A stretch of 64,000 nucleotides of DNA, from positions 62,001 through 126,000 of the forward strand of contig MU054212.1 of NCBI GenBank assembly GCA_013239625.1, written 5' to 3'. The notes beneath the pieces were generated by a model. That model made no database searches and was not told the DNA's origin. It saw only the letters and a program-made list of their open reading frames with translations. The stretch's first letter is position 1; each line of letters starts with the position of its first letter. This DNA is from Lama guanicoe. Its lineage: Eukaryota. Below, one piece after another: positions 26,739 through 39,429 of this stretch. The translations under genes and the position numbers were made by a program.

Positions 26739-26955
26739 CCAACTGTTTTTTTTTTTTTCCCCTGTCTCTCTCTCTCACCTCCTCGTTTGCACATTACCTG
26801 GCACACATGTACTCCTCAGGCCCCTTGCTCATGCCAGAACCATCGGACCAACTGTTTTTTTTTTTTCCCCTGTCTCTCTCTCTCACCTCCTCGTTTGCAC
26901 ATTACCTGGCACACATGTACTCCTCAGGCCCCTTGCTCATGCCAGAACCATCGGA
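26739..26955. repeat. Near-perfect tandem duplication, 109 + 108 bp
   Basis: Units 26739-26847 and 26848-26955 are identical except T13 versus T12. Confidence 0.97.
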
Positions 26956-27607
26956 GGATCCCTCTAGCTCACTGACTAATCTTACGAACAGTTCCAGGAG
27001 ACAGCTCAGGTTTCCAAGGTCATGAAAAACTGGAAGGGAAGAGGGGAGACTCACTGACAACAAGAGAGAGTTGTCAGCTTGATAACAGAAGACAGCAAAA
27101 GCATAAAAAACATCAAAATGACCCCCCTCCCATCTGTAACTCTACACACAGCTTTCTCCTTTCCTGCCTGCAGGATCTTTGAACGTATGTTTTAAACTTC
27201 TTAGCACACACATTCACCTTCATTTCACTCTTCTAGTCACATTTCTGCTCAAACTGCCCCTGGGAGGGTCAATCACAGGCTTAGATTTGCTGAATTTCCC
27301 GACACTGCTGTAGCTGGTGGCCTGCGTGGCCAAGCTCATGGCCGGAGGCCTCGCTGCCCTGCCCTCTCTTGCCTCGCTGTGTGGCGCTGCCATCTTTCCC
27401 CGTCCGCCTGGGATGCCCTTCCTCCATCTCGCTGACTTGGAATTCGGGGGGCCTCTGGGGCTGCCCTCCACTCTTCCCTCGTGCGGGCTCTCTCCCAGCA
27501 GTCTCACTGCTCCTGTGTTTTCACATGTCATTCGTAATGCTCCCATATCTGTGACTCCAAGCAACCGCTCCCTGTGAATTTTCCCTCAGTTTAAAAACTG
27601 TTCAAAT

Positions 27608-28122
27608 CGTAATGCCCTTGAGGTCCATCCATCCTGTGGCAAATAGCAGGACTTCCTTCCTTCTCGCGGCTGAATGATATTCTATTGAATACCTATATAT
27701 ACCACATTTTCTTTATGCTAAGTGAGATCAAGTCAGACAAAGACAAATACAGTATGATCTCACTTATATGTGGAATCTAAAAAAGCCAAACTTGTAGAAA
27801 CAGCGAGTAGAGTGGTGGTTACCAGGGGCTGGGAGGGGGGAATACAGAGATGTGGGTCAAAGGGCACAAACTTGACTAGGTCCTGGGCATCTAATGCACA
27901 GCATGGTGACTATAGTTAATGACACTGTATTACATACTTGAAAGTTGCTAAGAGAGTAGATCTTAAATGTTCTCACCACAAAAAAGAAACAGTAATTATG
28001 TGATATGATGGAGGTGTTCACTGTAATCCTTTTGCAGTATATAAGTGTGTGAAATTAACATTCTGTACACCTTAAACTTACACAAAGTAACATGTTAATT
28101 ATATCTCAATAAAAACAAAAAA
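27608..28122 (+). mobile_element. L1 3' end (L1MA9-like/laurasiatherian) with 5' inversion
   Basis: 27608-27715 is antisense L1 sequence that normally precedes the sense part starting 'atgctaagtgagat'; ends in 'atatctcaataaaaacaaaaaa'. Confidence 0.88.
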
Positions 28123-28419
28123 GTGAAAACGGTTTTTCACCCAGTCTCCAAAGCTCATTACAAATGCTTCTCTGCATGAAGCCTTCCTTACTCCCTGCTG
28201 GCAGAATTGTGCCAGCCTGCCTGCCCCCTCTTACTCCCATGCATTCTCAAAGGGGCAAAAATGGGTTCTTGGGGGCAAAAAAATCCTACTCTCTTTATGT
28301 ACAAAGGGCAGATCTACAGATAATAGTAGAGCTATGGTATTCAAATTTCATGTGGGCAGGGAGATTAGGGAAAAACAATTCTAGAAAGGCTCCTGAAGGG
28401 GTGATAATAAGAAAGCTGA

Positions 28420-29220
28420 GAAGCACCACTCTTAACATTTCCACCAGGCTGAGAAAGAGACATGCCAAACCCAGCTTGTCCAAAACCAAAGGAGCTCCCC
28501 GGCATCATGTTCCAAAATTCCCACCCTACTCCCTCCACGTTCTTGTCACAGTTAACGTTATCATCAGCGACCCAGCGCCCTTGCTGGGATCCTCAGTCAT
28601 ACTGGCGGACTCCCCGCCCTCATTGTGCACATCTAATCGTGCTGAGCCTGCCAGCTGCGCTCCCACCATCTCTTGTATCCGTCCCCTCTCACCATTCCAG
28701 CCACCTGACCTCATCATCTCCTGCTGGGACAGCAACAACCCCCTAAACGGTTTTCAGCCATTTCCCTACTCCCACCTATCTTTCACTTTGCCACTAGAGA
28801 GAATGTCCTAAAACACAAACAGATTAATTTTCATGTATTCAAAGTTCTACTCCTGTGTGCTTAAAATATAAATTCTCTAGCAGAAGATGCAGCCCTCCAC
28901 TGTTTCCCACATCCCCCATAGTCACGTTCTCTCCTGACTGTGTGCTTTACCTGGAGCCCACGCTATACTTTCGTCTCTGCCTGTCTTTTTTGTACCAAGC
29001 TTGCGGCTCAGAATTCCTTTCTCCCCTCTTTTCACCTGAACTCTTATTTCTACCTCAAGGCCCAGCTCAAATGTCACTTCCATTGAATCTCCATCCACAT
29101 GATTCCTGGCAGAATCATTTGTTGCTTTCTTTGGGCATCTACACCATGATGTCCAAGTTTATATAACAGTGAATATACCACGTCATTTTTCAGCTAGACT
29201 GTGAATTTCGAGAGTGAGGA
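28420..29220 (+). mobile_element. L2 fragments
   Basis: 'aaacccagcttgtccaaaaccaaa', 'ctcatcatctcctgctgggacagcaacaacccccta', 'tcaaggcccagctcaaatgtcacttcc', 'ctagactgtgaattt'. Confidence 0.65.
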
Positions 29221-29229
29221 TGCTTGCCA

Positions 29230-29600
29230 AATCAACACATTTATTGTGAGGCATCGTGCTGGGTGTCAGAGCAACAGAAGTAAATGAATGAACTGCCTCC
29301 GTAAGAATCTGGTGAGGAAGACAGATTTCAGTAAATACATTTAACAACTGATCATTTAAATGCAGTCATGGTAAGTGCAACAAAGCAAAACCACATGATG
29401 CTGTCGGTGTAAGGACTGGGGAAACGCACCTGTACCTGAAGGGGCTGAGAGAACTTCCCTGGAGAAGAGACCTTTAAACCAAGAAACAAAAGAGTCAGCC
29501 AGGTGAAGAGGAGAGCTATCCAGGCAGAAGGCGTGTCGTGTGAGGATGCTCTGTGGTAAGAAAGCCTGAGACAGGGAAGACCTGAAATAAAACAAACCAG
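29230..29600 (-). mobile_element. L2 fragment
   Basis: 'caacacatttattg...tgctgggtg...ttccctggagaagagacctttaaacc...tccaggcagaagg'. Confidence 0.65.
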
Positions 29601-30879
29601 AATCCAAACACCACGTGGGTGTGAGGCATGGCGAGGCCGGGGGAGGTGGGCGTAGACCACACTGTGAACACTCAGCACATGACTACTGAACAGATTTATG
29701 AAGGAAGGGGATCCGTGCTTAATACGAAGGGGAATCTTCATGTTGTTCCTCTGCGTACTTCCTGGTGCCATGTGAAGGGACCACTGACCACTGCCCCAGT
29801 GTCACATCGTTGTGTGGAAATCGTGTGGAAACTTTTTGTCTAAAATATCAACACAGAAGTGTTTTCCTCTATGACACACACATACACACACACACACACA
29901 AAAGACTAAATATTGATAGAAGTAGATGCGTCATGCTCAGCCCTGTCTAGAAATACTCCAATTTCATTATGCACGATTTTGAGCGCTCAGCATCTTGTAC
30001 AAATGAGTAAATAGCCTGGAAAGGTGTGACTTTTCAAGATGGGACTTTGATGCCTGATGCCTGGGTAAAATAGCCCCAAGCTGAGTAAGAGTCTTTCCTT
30101 GTACCCAAAACTTGGGGGTCGAGTGTCAGTCATGTGAATACGAACGGGGACAAAGACAATATGGAAACAACAACCTTAACCCTATGACTGGGAAACTCCT
30201 CAGCGCACGGCAGCCGTGTCCCACAGCGCCTCGGTGGGTCATCGGCGTCTTACACAGCATACATATGGGGCCCTGAGAACCCCACAGCTCCACACCAGAG
30301 TCTTCTGAGTGTTGTCAACTAGAGGTGGAATTGCATGAACAGGTTTGTTAAGACAAGCCAACCCCAGTTCCAGGAGTCATGAAACACGGGGCTTCAGCAG
30401 AAATGACTCACCCACGGAGGTATGTAGGGGGCTGTGGAAAGAGAGCGAAGACTAAAAATAACAGTTCCCCTGAAGGGTGGAGCTGGAGGCTGGTGCTGTG
30501 TCACACTTGCTGCTGTTTCTGGAAATTCCCACAGTTAAAGTGGGGAGCGGACTCACGGCTGCAGATCCCCAGCCCTCGGGGAGAGATCCAAAGCTAGAGG
30601 CGGCTCCGGGCAGGTCCAGCCTTCAGGAGAGCTGTTGCAGTGGTGTCCATGGAGGTGGGGACTTCAGGGGCATGAAGGCCTCCCCATCACTTCTTCCCTG
30701 AAGCTGATACCCGATCCTAGAGACCCACATCTTTCATTAAAGTCTCTGATCCTCGATAAAACAGAAGCACGGCACATAGGGCTGTTATTAACAAAGCACT
30801 CAGAGGTTGGTGGAGTTATGAGGATGTTCAGACTTTGTTTTTCTTCACTTCTTTTCTTTTCTCTTCCTCCTGCTGTTCC

Positions 30880-31115
30880 ATATGCTCCATGGGGGCAGGG
30901 ACCTTGTTTGTCCTGTTTCCAGTTCCATCCTCAGTGTCTAGCACAGTAGGAGCTAAATAAATATTTGCTTAAGGAAAAATGGAAGGAATGTATCTAGCTC
31001 AGCCCTGTTAGCTTGCAGACAAGGAAACTGGGCAGGGAGCAGACACTTGCCCAGGGCCACGCAACCAGGAAGCAGCAGTGGGAGTGAAGTGGGGCCCGAC
31101 TCCTCAACCACTGCT
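30880..31115. mobile_element. L2 3' end (+) followed by MIR fragment (-)
   Basis: 'cagtgtctagcacagtaggagctaaataaatatttgct' then 'aaggaaactgggcaggg...acttgcccagggccacgca'. Confidence 0.7.
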
Positions 31116-33839
31116 CCCTCCTCTCCAGCAAGCTGTTTATAGGACTCAGCATGGCTACACCTGTCTTGCTGAGGGCAAGGGAGATCAAAGATGAAGTCAC
31201 TGGCCACTAGACTGGGAAGACTGCATGAAGAGGGTGCTGAGGGCACCAAGATGGTGAACCCAGAGTGGGAAGAGGTGGCACTGAGGACTGCCCACCAAAG
31301 CCCCAGCGGCACAAAGCCTTGGAGAAAGCCAGAGTTCCTGGAGCAGCAGAAGCTGACGGCTTGTCATTGGCACCAGACCACATGGTCTTGACTGCATGCG
31401 GACAGTTCAACAGTCATTAACACTGATGGCATGTATGTGCTTTTTCATGTTTTCTTTTTCTTTAATAATCAGACAATCGTTTACATCTGTGCATTGGCCA
31501 GGCGCCAGGAAGAAGAGCATCCAAAGGGGAGAGAAGCCAGACTGGCAAGTGGGCTGGGAAAGGAAACCCAGATTCTTCGCCTTCAGTCCCCACGGATGAA
31601 AGGATTTAAAGTTCACTGTGGGGGAAGGGGAGACAAGGGGAGGGAAGGGCCTTTCAGAATTACTAGTGAATACAAAAATGGTCATTTTTGAAGCTAGTTT
31701 GCATTGAGTCTCGCATTATCTTGAGGTCTTAAAAAAAAAATCTCTCAAGTGAAAGGCTTCTGAGAGGTCCAGGGCAGATGCAGGAGCAGTAGGGAGAGGA
31801 TTGGGGCTGGAGAGTGGAGTGAAGGCGGCCCCTTCTGGGGTCTCCAGGCCCCTTGCCTCCTGCTCCCCCATCCCCATCCCCGGAGCCGCTGAACGGAGGA
31901 GGGAGCAGAGCCCTACCTGACCTGCTGTCCAGGCCCCAGAATAGATGGATTCTGTTCCTGTTCCCAGCCAGTGGGGTGGCAGGCGCTGACTCTGGGTCCT
32001 TGGAGCGTCTCGGGGCAGCTCTGGCCTTTGCTTAGGCCAGGTTTGCTGCTGAGTGTGAGAACAGCAGATGTTGCGTTATAGTTTTCATTCCACCCCAGTC
32101 TCTGTTTTGGGGCACAGAATTAACAATGATTTGAAAATATCTGCTTCTTTGATCAAGCTACTGAATGAAAACTGGTACCGGTAGTGGGCACAGGGGTCGA
32201 TGTGCCTGCAGGTCGCAGCCAGAGGGGCTTTTGGAAACTGGTGCTCAAGCAGCTTGTAGGATTTCTACTTAGAGGTGGTGACGCTTCATCCGCTGAAGCC
32301 GGTGAGGCTGCTTAAGGGGTATCCGTGAAACAGAAGTAGTTTATTACTACTGTTTTTATATTTTAATTTAAAAAATTAACCATCTTCTAATTGTCAAGGA
32401 CATTACTTGGAGTCTGAGAGGCGTTGCAAAGCACAGACATGCAAGCCAACAGAACTCCCACACAGACTTCAAGGATGCAGAGGCTCTTGTTTGTTTTTAG
32501 AGCATTTTTAGTATAAGAACATATTCCAAACATATAACAAGTAAGGATGCACTCGATAGCGCCAGTAAAGGCAGCGACAATAATGACTGAGAAAGAATAA
32601 AGGGTAAAGGAAGCAGGGGGAAGAAAAATTAAGGCAACACTGACAGCCACTCAGATGGCAACCTACATAAATTAGTCAGTTTCCTTATCAGAGATTTACA
32701 TGTTAAAACCACTTGATATAACCCAGCAGGAAGCTGAACAAGTGATTCTGTGTCCAGACTTGGAAACAAAAATAACCGCTCAGGGCCTACACACATTAGT
32801 TTGTTCAAACTTGCACTGATAAAAGTCTTTTTGGCTGGAGCTGTAGTGTGCAGTTATGAGACTGGAGGGCTTGGTTGGCCGATGATTGACACTAAAACAA
32901 TTGCAAATGCTTCATACAGGAAAACATGTTTGATGAAAGTTTCAGCTGGTCCCCGATAGCCACTGAGATGATGCAGAGTGAGAGAGTGCATATGATTTAG
33001 CATCCTTCGGAACGAAGGAGACAGAAAACTTACTCCATCAGCTCTACAAAGCATGTTTAGCCTCTTAATTAGGCTTATTGTCCCCTTACATCCAACACAT
33101 ATCCTCTTGCTCACACTCACACACAGATTCTTCACATTCTTCTTCTACGCTTGTCCCCATTCCAGTGTTTCTTAGTATTTCCCCAAGAGTGAGAACAGTT
33201 TTGAAATTTCTGACTTGTAACGTTAGGGAGAAGCAGATGTCTGCCTGTCGAACCCTTCAGGCCGAGACCCCACGGTTCCCCCTGGCAGCCCCAGACACCG
33301 TTCCAAACAGCCTCTCTCTGGTCTCCGAGAGCTCTCTTGCATACCACATGCATGTTCTATTTATGTGTTTCTTTGTCCTGAACAAGATTTGGCCCCATTG
33401 TGTGGGAGCAACACCAGAAAAGAAAAACAAAATCCATCCACTGAGAGAAAATGGATATTGTGGGAGCTTGGAGAAATTTACATACTTCGCTCATTCCATT
33501 TTCTGGTGATGTCAGAGCCAAAGAATATCCCTTTTAAAAAAAATCACACACACATTAAAAAATGTTGGGACTCACCAGCTCTGTCCATCAAGTCGACTGT
33601 CATGAAAAGGAGAAATGTAAATATACTCCCTTGCCTGCCCCCCACTCCTCCCCACCAACCGCCTCCCTCCACTTCCCTCATCAGCCCCCTAAAGAACCTA
33701 ACAAATTAGCCCAGACTCCATTTGGATGGAATTAAGGGCCTGTCTGCAAAAGGGTGAGGGGTATTAACAGGGGGGTGGGGATGGGAAGAGTGCTGGGAGG
33801 CGGGAATGTGGTGCTTGAGTCTGGGTGACCGGCCCCGGC

Positions 33840-34085
33840 GTTTTATGGAGACAGAGAGAAGGGTCGACTGACACTTTACAGATTGGGTGTAATGTTCAGG
33901 GAATTTGGCATTTCTGCCACAGGGCTCGGGCTGCCCTGCTAACCGCCTTCTTTCTCCCTGCTGGTAAAAGTGCAGGAGAAAAGGGTTAAATAAATGTTTG
34001 TGATATGATAAGGTGCTTGTTTATTCAAGGAATGACAGATTATTGGCTCCAAAGGCAGCCCTGAAAAATAGTACAAAGGAACTGG
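33840..34085. promoter_or_regulatory. Candidate endoderm/gut-type enhancer motif cluster
   Basis: TTTTATGG, GGTTAAATAAATG, TGTTTG, TGATAAG, TGTTTATT and two CAAAGG motifs within about 250 bp of unique DNA. Motif evidence only. Confidence 0.33.
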
Positions 34086-34449
34086 CTCTCCCCTCGCGGA
34101 TGATGTGATTTCCTCCTCAGATTCTGCTCTTTCCTAGGAACAGTTTGCCCTGGGAATGAAGAAAGATGATTTTCCTGCAGTGGGAGATGGACAGCCTTGG
34201 TGTGGAGGGCTGGAGCCCCAGAAGCTGGCTGGGAACTGGGATGGCTTGCCTTGGGGGGCGCTTCTGTCTACCCTCATGCAGGCCCGGCATACTGTGGGCC
34301 CTGCCTCCTGCCATTTCTCAGAGCATGGGAAGAGGGTTTAGGCACTCAGGAGGGAAATTTCTTCCCTAGGAAGTCCTGTGTGCAAGGTCTTCCCTAGACA
34401 CAGACCGCTGCGTCCATCCCTCGACCATCCCAGCACGCTGTGAACTCAC

Positions 34450-34518
34450 ATGCGTGTGATCATATGTACACTTGCATATTTATATGCATGTGATCATATG
34501 TACACTTGCATATTTATA
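34450..34518. repeat. 2 x 34 bp tandem duplication
   Basis: atgc(g/a)tgtgatcatatgtacacttgcatatttat twice, one transition difference. Confidence 0.93.
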
Positions 34519-36059
34519 CCCTCCACCCCATGAACTTTCTCCTTTTGGGCCCTAGTGATTTCATAGCTGGTCCCAGAGGAGAATTCAGCTCCAGATGCCC
34601 CAACAATGAGACATTCCCCTAATGTCTGTGTGCTTTTCTTGGGGGAGGAAACACCAGTGACTGCCAACCCTGAAAAGCACAGACAGGCCTGGCCTGGGGC
34701 CCTGGAGGCAGAGCCCCTCCCTCCAGTGCGGCTTGAGCCGGGCAGACCCGCACTTTGCTATGCACTTGGCATCGCTGGGTCCACGTCCTGCTTACGGATG
34801 CTGCTCTGAGCTGGCTCCCCCCTGCAGAGAGAGGGTTCTGCACCTCTCCAGCCTTCCACCAGAGCTCTTCCTCCCCCTCCTCCGCCTGCCCCTGGCATGC
34901 TCCAGAGAGCTCGTTCGCATACTTGCTGAGTAGAAGGGTCCGGACAAGATGTTTGGCATAGTTCTCATTTGAAAAGAACTCAGTGCCAAAGTCAAACACC
35001 AAGAAAAAAAAAAAGTTGTGATTGAACTGTTGTTTTTCCAGGATCCTGGGAACTACTGTGTGACTTTCACAATAGTCCGCCCGCCTTATCAGCCAAGGTG
35101 CTTGTCTGTAAGACATAAGGCACCAGCCTGGGGAACCCAGTGCCCTTCGGACACGATGACTCAGGCTGACTGCAGGGGCGTTATCAAATATCCAGGTTTG
35201 GGCTATTTTTATGATTGCATTCAGTACTCACAGGGCTTGTTGAGTGTACACAGCCATGTGCTCATTCTTGAACTACACAAGATAAGATCCCTGTCCCAGG
35301 GAGCTTACTGCCTGACTTTTGTAAAAACCAGATGGCAGAAAATGGTTTCCCTCTGCCCATCAGCAATGATTGAGGGGGTGGAGAGGAGAAGGGGTGCAGT
35401 CTATTCATACTCTCCCAGGGTGGGACCTCTGCTTTGGCATTTATCCCATGTGACGTTTCAATCGTGGACTGTCTTTCTCCCATCATCTGCTACTCCATAA
35501 GCTGCATCTCCTGGGGGCTCTGAGAATGCAAGCTAATTTGAATATCAGCTTAATTAAAGCAGCGTTAGATACATAAAGATGCCTCCCACCATACACAGAC
35601 TCACACATTATGTATGTACGCACTCACAAGTATATCATGGATTTCCAAACTAGCCATCAGTGCTTTTTGGTCTGCAGTGGGGACATCAGTATGTGTAGAT
35701 CTGACCCATCATTGTCGGTCATGTCTGAATTATATGCTGTGATCCTGGATTATGAAGGACCAGCCAGGACACCCCATCATGTCAATCGCATCTCAAGGAC
35801 AGCTTGTCTGAGTCTGCCCCCAGCTGTGGAAGTCAGCAGAGCACTGAGAACAGGCTACTTGGGCCCGCACACCGGCACCACTGTCCCAGAAGAACTTCCC
35901 TGCGTGTGACCTTGTGTTTTAGGATCGTCCCCTAACTCAACAAGGCATCTGCAACTGCATGAGTTTTCTTGAAGAATAAAAATACCTTTTATGTTGATGA
36001 GGAACAGTCTTACCAAGGGTGCACGCCCTGGTTGAACCCCAGGAATGAGACAAGTGTGT

Positions 36060-36520
36060 GTTACTCGGCACATGCTTTGTCTTCAGCTGGAAGCCAACCC
36101 TGAGACTGGCATTTGAGTGGGAGGAGGTGATCTGGGCGGTTGTCTCAGGGAGCCCCAGCAGGGGAGCAGGGAGGGAAGCCAAAAGGGGTGTGTTGATGGG
36201 TGGTTACTGCTGTGGGCAGCTGGGGCTCAGCTCTGCTGGGGACATCTGGGGGACAGTGTAGATGCATCAAGAGCTCCAGCTCTCTGGGGCAAGGCAGCTG
36301 GGATATTGATCCACCAACTCTGCTTCGCCATTGGCTGAGGGTTATTCCAGGGGTTTTCGGCTACCCGGCACTTCCAGGCTTGCTCTGAGTGCAGGCTCAG
36401 CGGCCTCTTTCAGCCAGAAAAGGCTCTGAGGCAGAGAACTGCTGGTGTTTGCAGGGCTGCTAGTGTGCAAGGGTGGTGGGAGCCAAAGATCCATAGGCAG
36501 AAACATGACAGTCTGCCATA
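36060..36520 (-). mobile_element. LTR33-like ERVL solo LTR
   Basis: 'gaagccaaccctgagac...gggaagccaaaaggggtgtgtt...ttactgctgtgggcagctggggctca...gctgggatattgatccaccaactc...cattggctgaggg'. Confidence 0.8.
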
Positions 36521-36524
36521 GCTC

Positions 36525-36655
36525 CCCTCCTTCCTTCTCTCCTTTCCTTCCTTCTACCCTTCCTTCCTTCCTTCCTTCCTTCCTCCCTCCCTTCCTTCTT
36601 TCCTTCCTTCCTTCTTTCTGTCCTTTCTTCCTTGCTTTGTGCCTCTCTTTCTTTT
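36525..36655. repeat. (CCTT)n polypyrimidine microsatellite
   Basis: Visible; explains the REGRKE low-complexity ORFs on the - strand. Confidence 0.95.
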
Positions 36656-37667
36656 AACAAAGAACTCCTTTGAGGAAAGTGGTAGATAGGTACAACTTTG
36701 GCTGAGGAAGGGAATCATATTGAGAATTCTAGGATAAATAAATAAGAAGAGGGGAGAGAAACAAAGGGTCCAGCTCAGCTTTCGTTTTTTTCTGGGAAAT
36801 GCCAACCCCCTCGCCCCCCCCCCTGCCCTGCAGCCTGTTCTCTGGTTACAGTAGCACCCCCACCCCCACCCATCACCCTGACTTGTAATCCTTGATTCAT
36901 TTGTCACCCCTCCAAACCAAGGCATTCTTTTATTTGTTTGTTTGAATTTCTGCATTCCGTCTACCAACTTGCTTGGCATTGCTAGGTACTTAATTAATCT
37001 CTAGGAGATAAATGAAAGGTGCCTTTGAAGTATTCCACATCTACCAAAAGTTTGAAGCTTTAGCAGTCAAGGAGAGTACTTCCAACCAAGTTCTCTTGGA
37101 GTTTTGGTGATTCAGGTTGAGAGATGTTTGAGTGCCTGTCCTAAAAGTTAATCACCAAAGCTCAGTGATTTTCCAATAATGGGATTCTTCCAATGGAGGA
37201 AAAAGATGGATTCGCCATGGAGTGTACGGGGCCGAGTGGAGAGGAAAGCTCAGATACTCGGCTGAAGGCCCCACCCCTGAAGGTGAGTGCCTCGCACAGA
37301 ACAGTGGATCATTGAACATTCAGTTCCATTCCGGCAGAGAGAAAAGTAGAGGGCAACTATATCATTTATCCTTCCTCCAATTATTTCTTAATAAACCTTG
37401 AAAAACAGAAGAGGAAAAGTCCATACTGGCAAAACGTGGTCATCACCTCCAACCCAGCCGTTCCTCCCCTAGTCTCCATGATTTGGGCCTAGAGATGCCT
37501 CAGATGGTGTGCATTCCTGGGTTTCCTGCTGGCTGACCAAAGATCAGAACTGCTCCAGGCAGGGCTTCCCTGGGCTGGGACAGGGCCAGGGCACTCTGCA
37601 GATCCCCATGAGAAGCTCTGAGAATCTTCCTCATGGTTGACAAAGTGGGGAACTCATTCCTCTACCT

Positions 37668-37881
37668 CAGGGTTTTCAACTTATGCACTGCTGACATTTT
37701 GGACCAAAATATTCTTTGTGGCAGGAGTTGTCCTATGCGTTGGAAGATGTTCAGCAGCATCCTTGGCCTCCACTCACTAGCCGCCAATCGCACCCTTTCC
37801 AATCATGACAATCAAAAACGTCTCTGGATGTTACCACGTGTCCTGCTGGGGGCTAAGATCATCCCTGGTTGAGACCCACTG
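37668..37881. mobile_element. MER20 (hAT-Charlie MITE), near full length
   Basis: Termini 'cagggttttcaac' and 'gttgagacccactg'; internal 'gacattttggacca...atgttcagcagcatccttggcctccactcactag'. Confidence 0.9.
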
Positions 37882-37898
37882 GTCTAGTCCGAGCCTGC

Positions 37899-38100
37899 CG
37901 AGGAGCTGGCAAACCAAGAGCACTGAGAAAAATCCGGCTTGCAGCCTGTTTTTGTAAGGCTTATGTAGGAATGGTCCTTACATTGTAAAAAATTATTAAT
38001 TTAAAAAAATCAAACAAAGAAGAACAGGTGGCAGAGACTATATGTGGCCCACAAAGCCAAAAAAATTTACCATTTGGCCTAAAAAAAATTGCCAACTTCA
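37899..38100. mobile_element. MER58-family hAT-Charlie MITE
   Basis: 'ggagctggcaaac...gcagcctgtttttgtaa...cagagactatatgtggcccacaaagcc...tttaccatttggcc...ttgccaac' followed by ttctaga. Confidence 0.85.
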
Positions 38101-38329
38101 GTTCTAGAATGAAAGCAAACATCTTTGCAGCCATGGGTGGATATATATCTACCTGGTAACAATGACTTTTTCTGCTGGGTTCATACAATAAAACTGTCAG
38201 TGAGCAAGATTTACCGTTCCCTTTCCTGGAGGAACCACGACCCTCATGGTGATCACTTCACAAAGGGACCAAGCTAAACACTGCACAGGATGAGTTTTTC
38301 ACCGCTCAGGGTCTTAGTATAAAAGGGAA

Positions 38330-38757
38330 AGCAGCAATAAGTGCTGTTAATGAATCTAAAATTCTGAGGCTTAACACAAGAGAAGTTTATTTCTTGTCCA
38401 CACAGTCTACCTGGCTATCATTTAGGTATCTAGGCTGCAGGAGGCTAGGCCATATTTCACATGTAACTTCTCAAGTTATCCTGGATATTGGCATCCTGCT
38501 GGAAGATGGAGGAAGAAAGAGAATAATGAAAAATCCGTAGGAGGTTTTTATGGCTTAGGCTTGGAAGTTTTTACAGGGAAGGCTTGGAAGTGATGCTCTT
38601 CATGTCCACTCCCATGTCACTGGCTGCTGGCCAGAACTGTCACATGGCCACACCTAACTGCAAGGAAAGCTGGGTAACATAGTCTAGCAGTGGGCCCAAG
38701 AAGAAAGGGGGATGAGCTCTGGTGAACACAAAGCAGAGTGTTTATTTGTTTTGCCAC
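38330..38757 (-). mobile_element. MLT1 (MLT1K/J-like) MaLR LTR
   Basis: 'ggcttaacacaagagaagtttatttcttg', 'tggccagaactgtcacatggccacacctaactgcaaggaaagctggg'. Confidence 0.82.
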
Positions 38758-39135
38758 CAGAGGAAACCTTGGCTAAAACTGGAAATTGATCCCTCAGTGA
38801 TGACAAAGAGACTGGATGCTAAGAGGAAAGCTAGTATTTGAAAACTATATTCAGAGCAAATAAAAATTTGATTGTTTGTAATATCATACAGAACTGCACA
38901 GCACTGGGCTTTAAGGACACGAAAGACACACGCCCAGTCTGGGCCCAATCCTCTGGACACTAGTGCCTCTCAGGCAAATGCAGGAGTTGGACCAGCTTCA
39001 GGATCTCGTGAGTTCACATACAGCATCTATGGACATGGGAGGACGGCAGGAGGACCAGGAAGAGACCCTTCATTTGACCACCACATTCTCATCACAAAAG
39101 ATTTTGATCATCAGTCAGACATTGTCTTTTCACAG

Positions 39136-39301
39136 GACACAGCAAGGGCTGTATTGGGAAGAATCTGAAGGATGGTTTGACCCTCTTACAGTCTGCTGCG
39201 TGAGAAAGGTTATAGAAGACTTCTGTGACATTCAGCAATGCTCGTGCCAGGATAAGCAAAGATGAGTGACGCCAGTGGTTCACTTTCCGGGAGACAGACA
39301 G
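39136..39301 (+). other. Exon-like segment (alternative acceptor would start at 38892)
   Basis: Acceptor 'ttgtcttttcacag', strong donor CAG|GTAAGC; all three frames contain stops. Confidence 0.38.
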
Positions 39302-39429
39302 GTAAGCAGATTTTAAATTCAACACGGTAGGAACCACGAAAGTGTTCTGCATGGGCAAGCAGGCTTCCTAGGGGTGATGTTCTCTCAGAAGCTGAGTCAG
39401 GAGGGACTGGCTACATGAGGTGTGCTTCA

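Noticed and set aside
26727..27025. ORFs with internally repeated peptides
   Set aside because: Result of the 109-bp tandem duplication.
28164..28811. Longest ORF (215 aa)
   Set aside because: Overlaps decayed L2 and other repeat sequence; no domain and no convincing splice or promoter context.
33003..33045. 7-bp hairpin TCCTTCG-GAA-CGAAGGA and a - strand 10-nt microexon-like site (33034-33043)
   Set aside because: Too short to exceed chance; weak pyrimidine tract and no partner exons found.
36445..36979. ORFs with REGRKE / PSFL repeats
   Set aside because: Translations of the (CCTT)n microsatellite.
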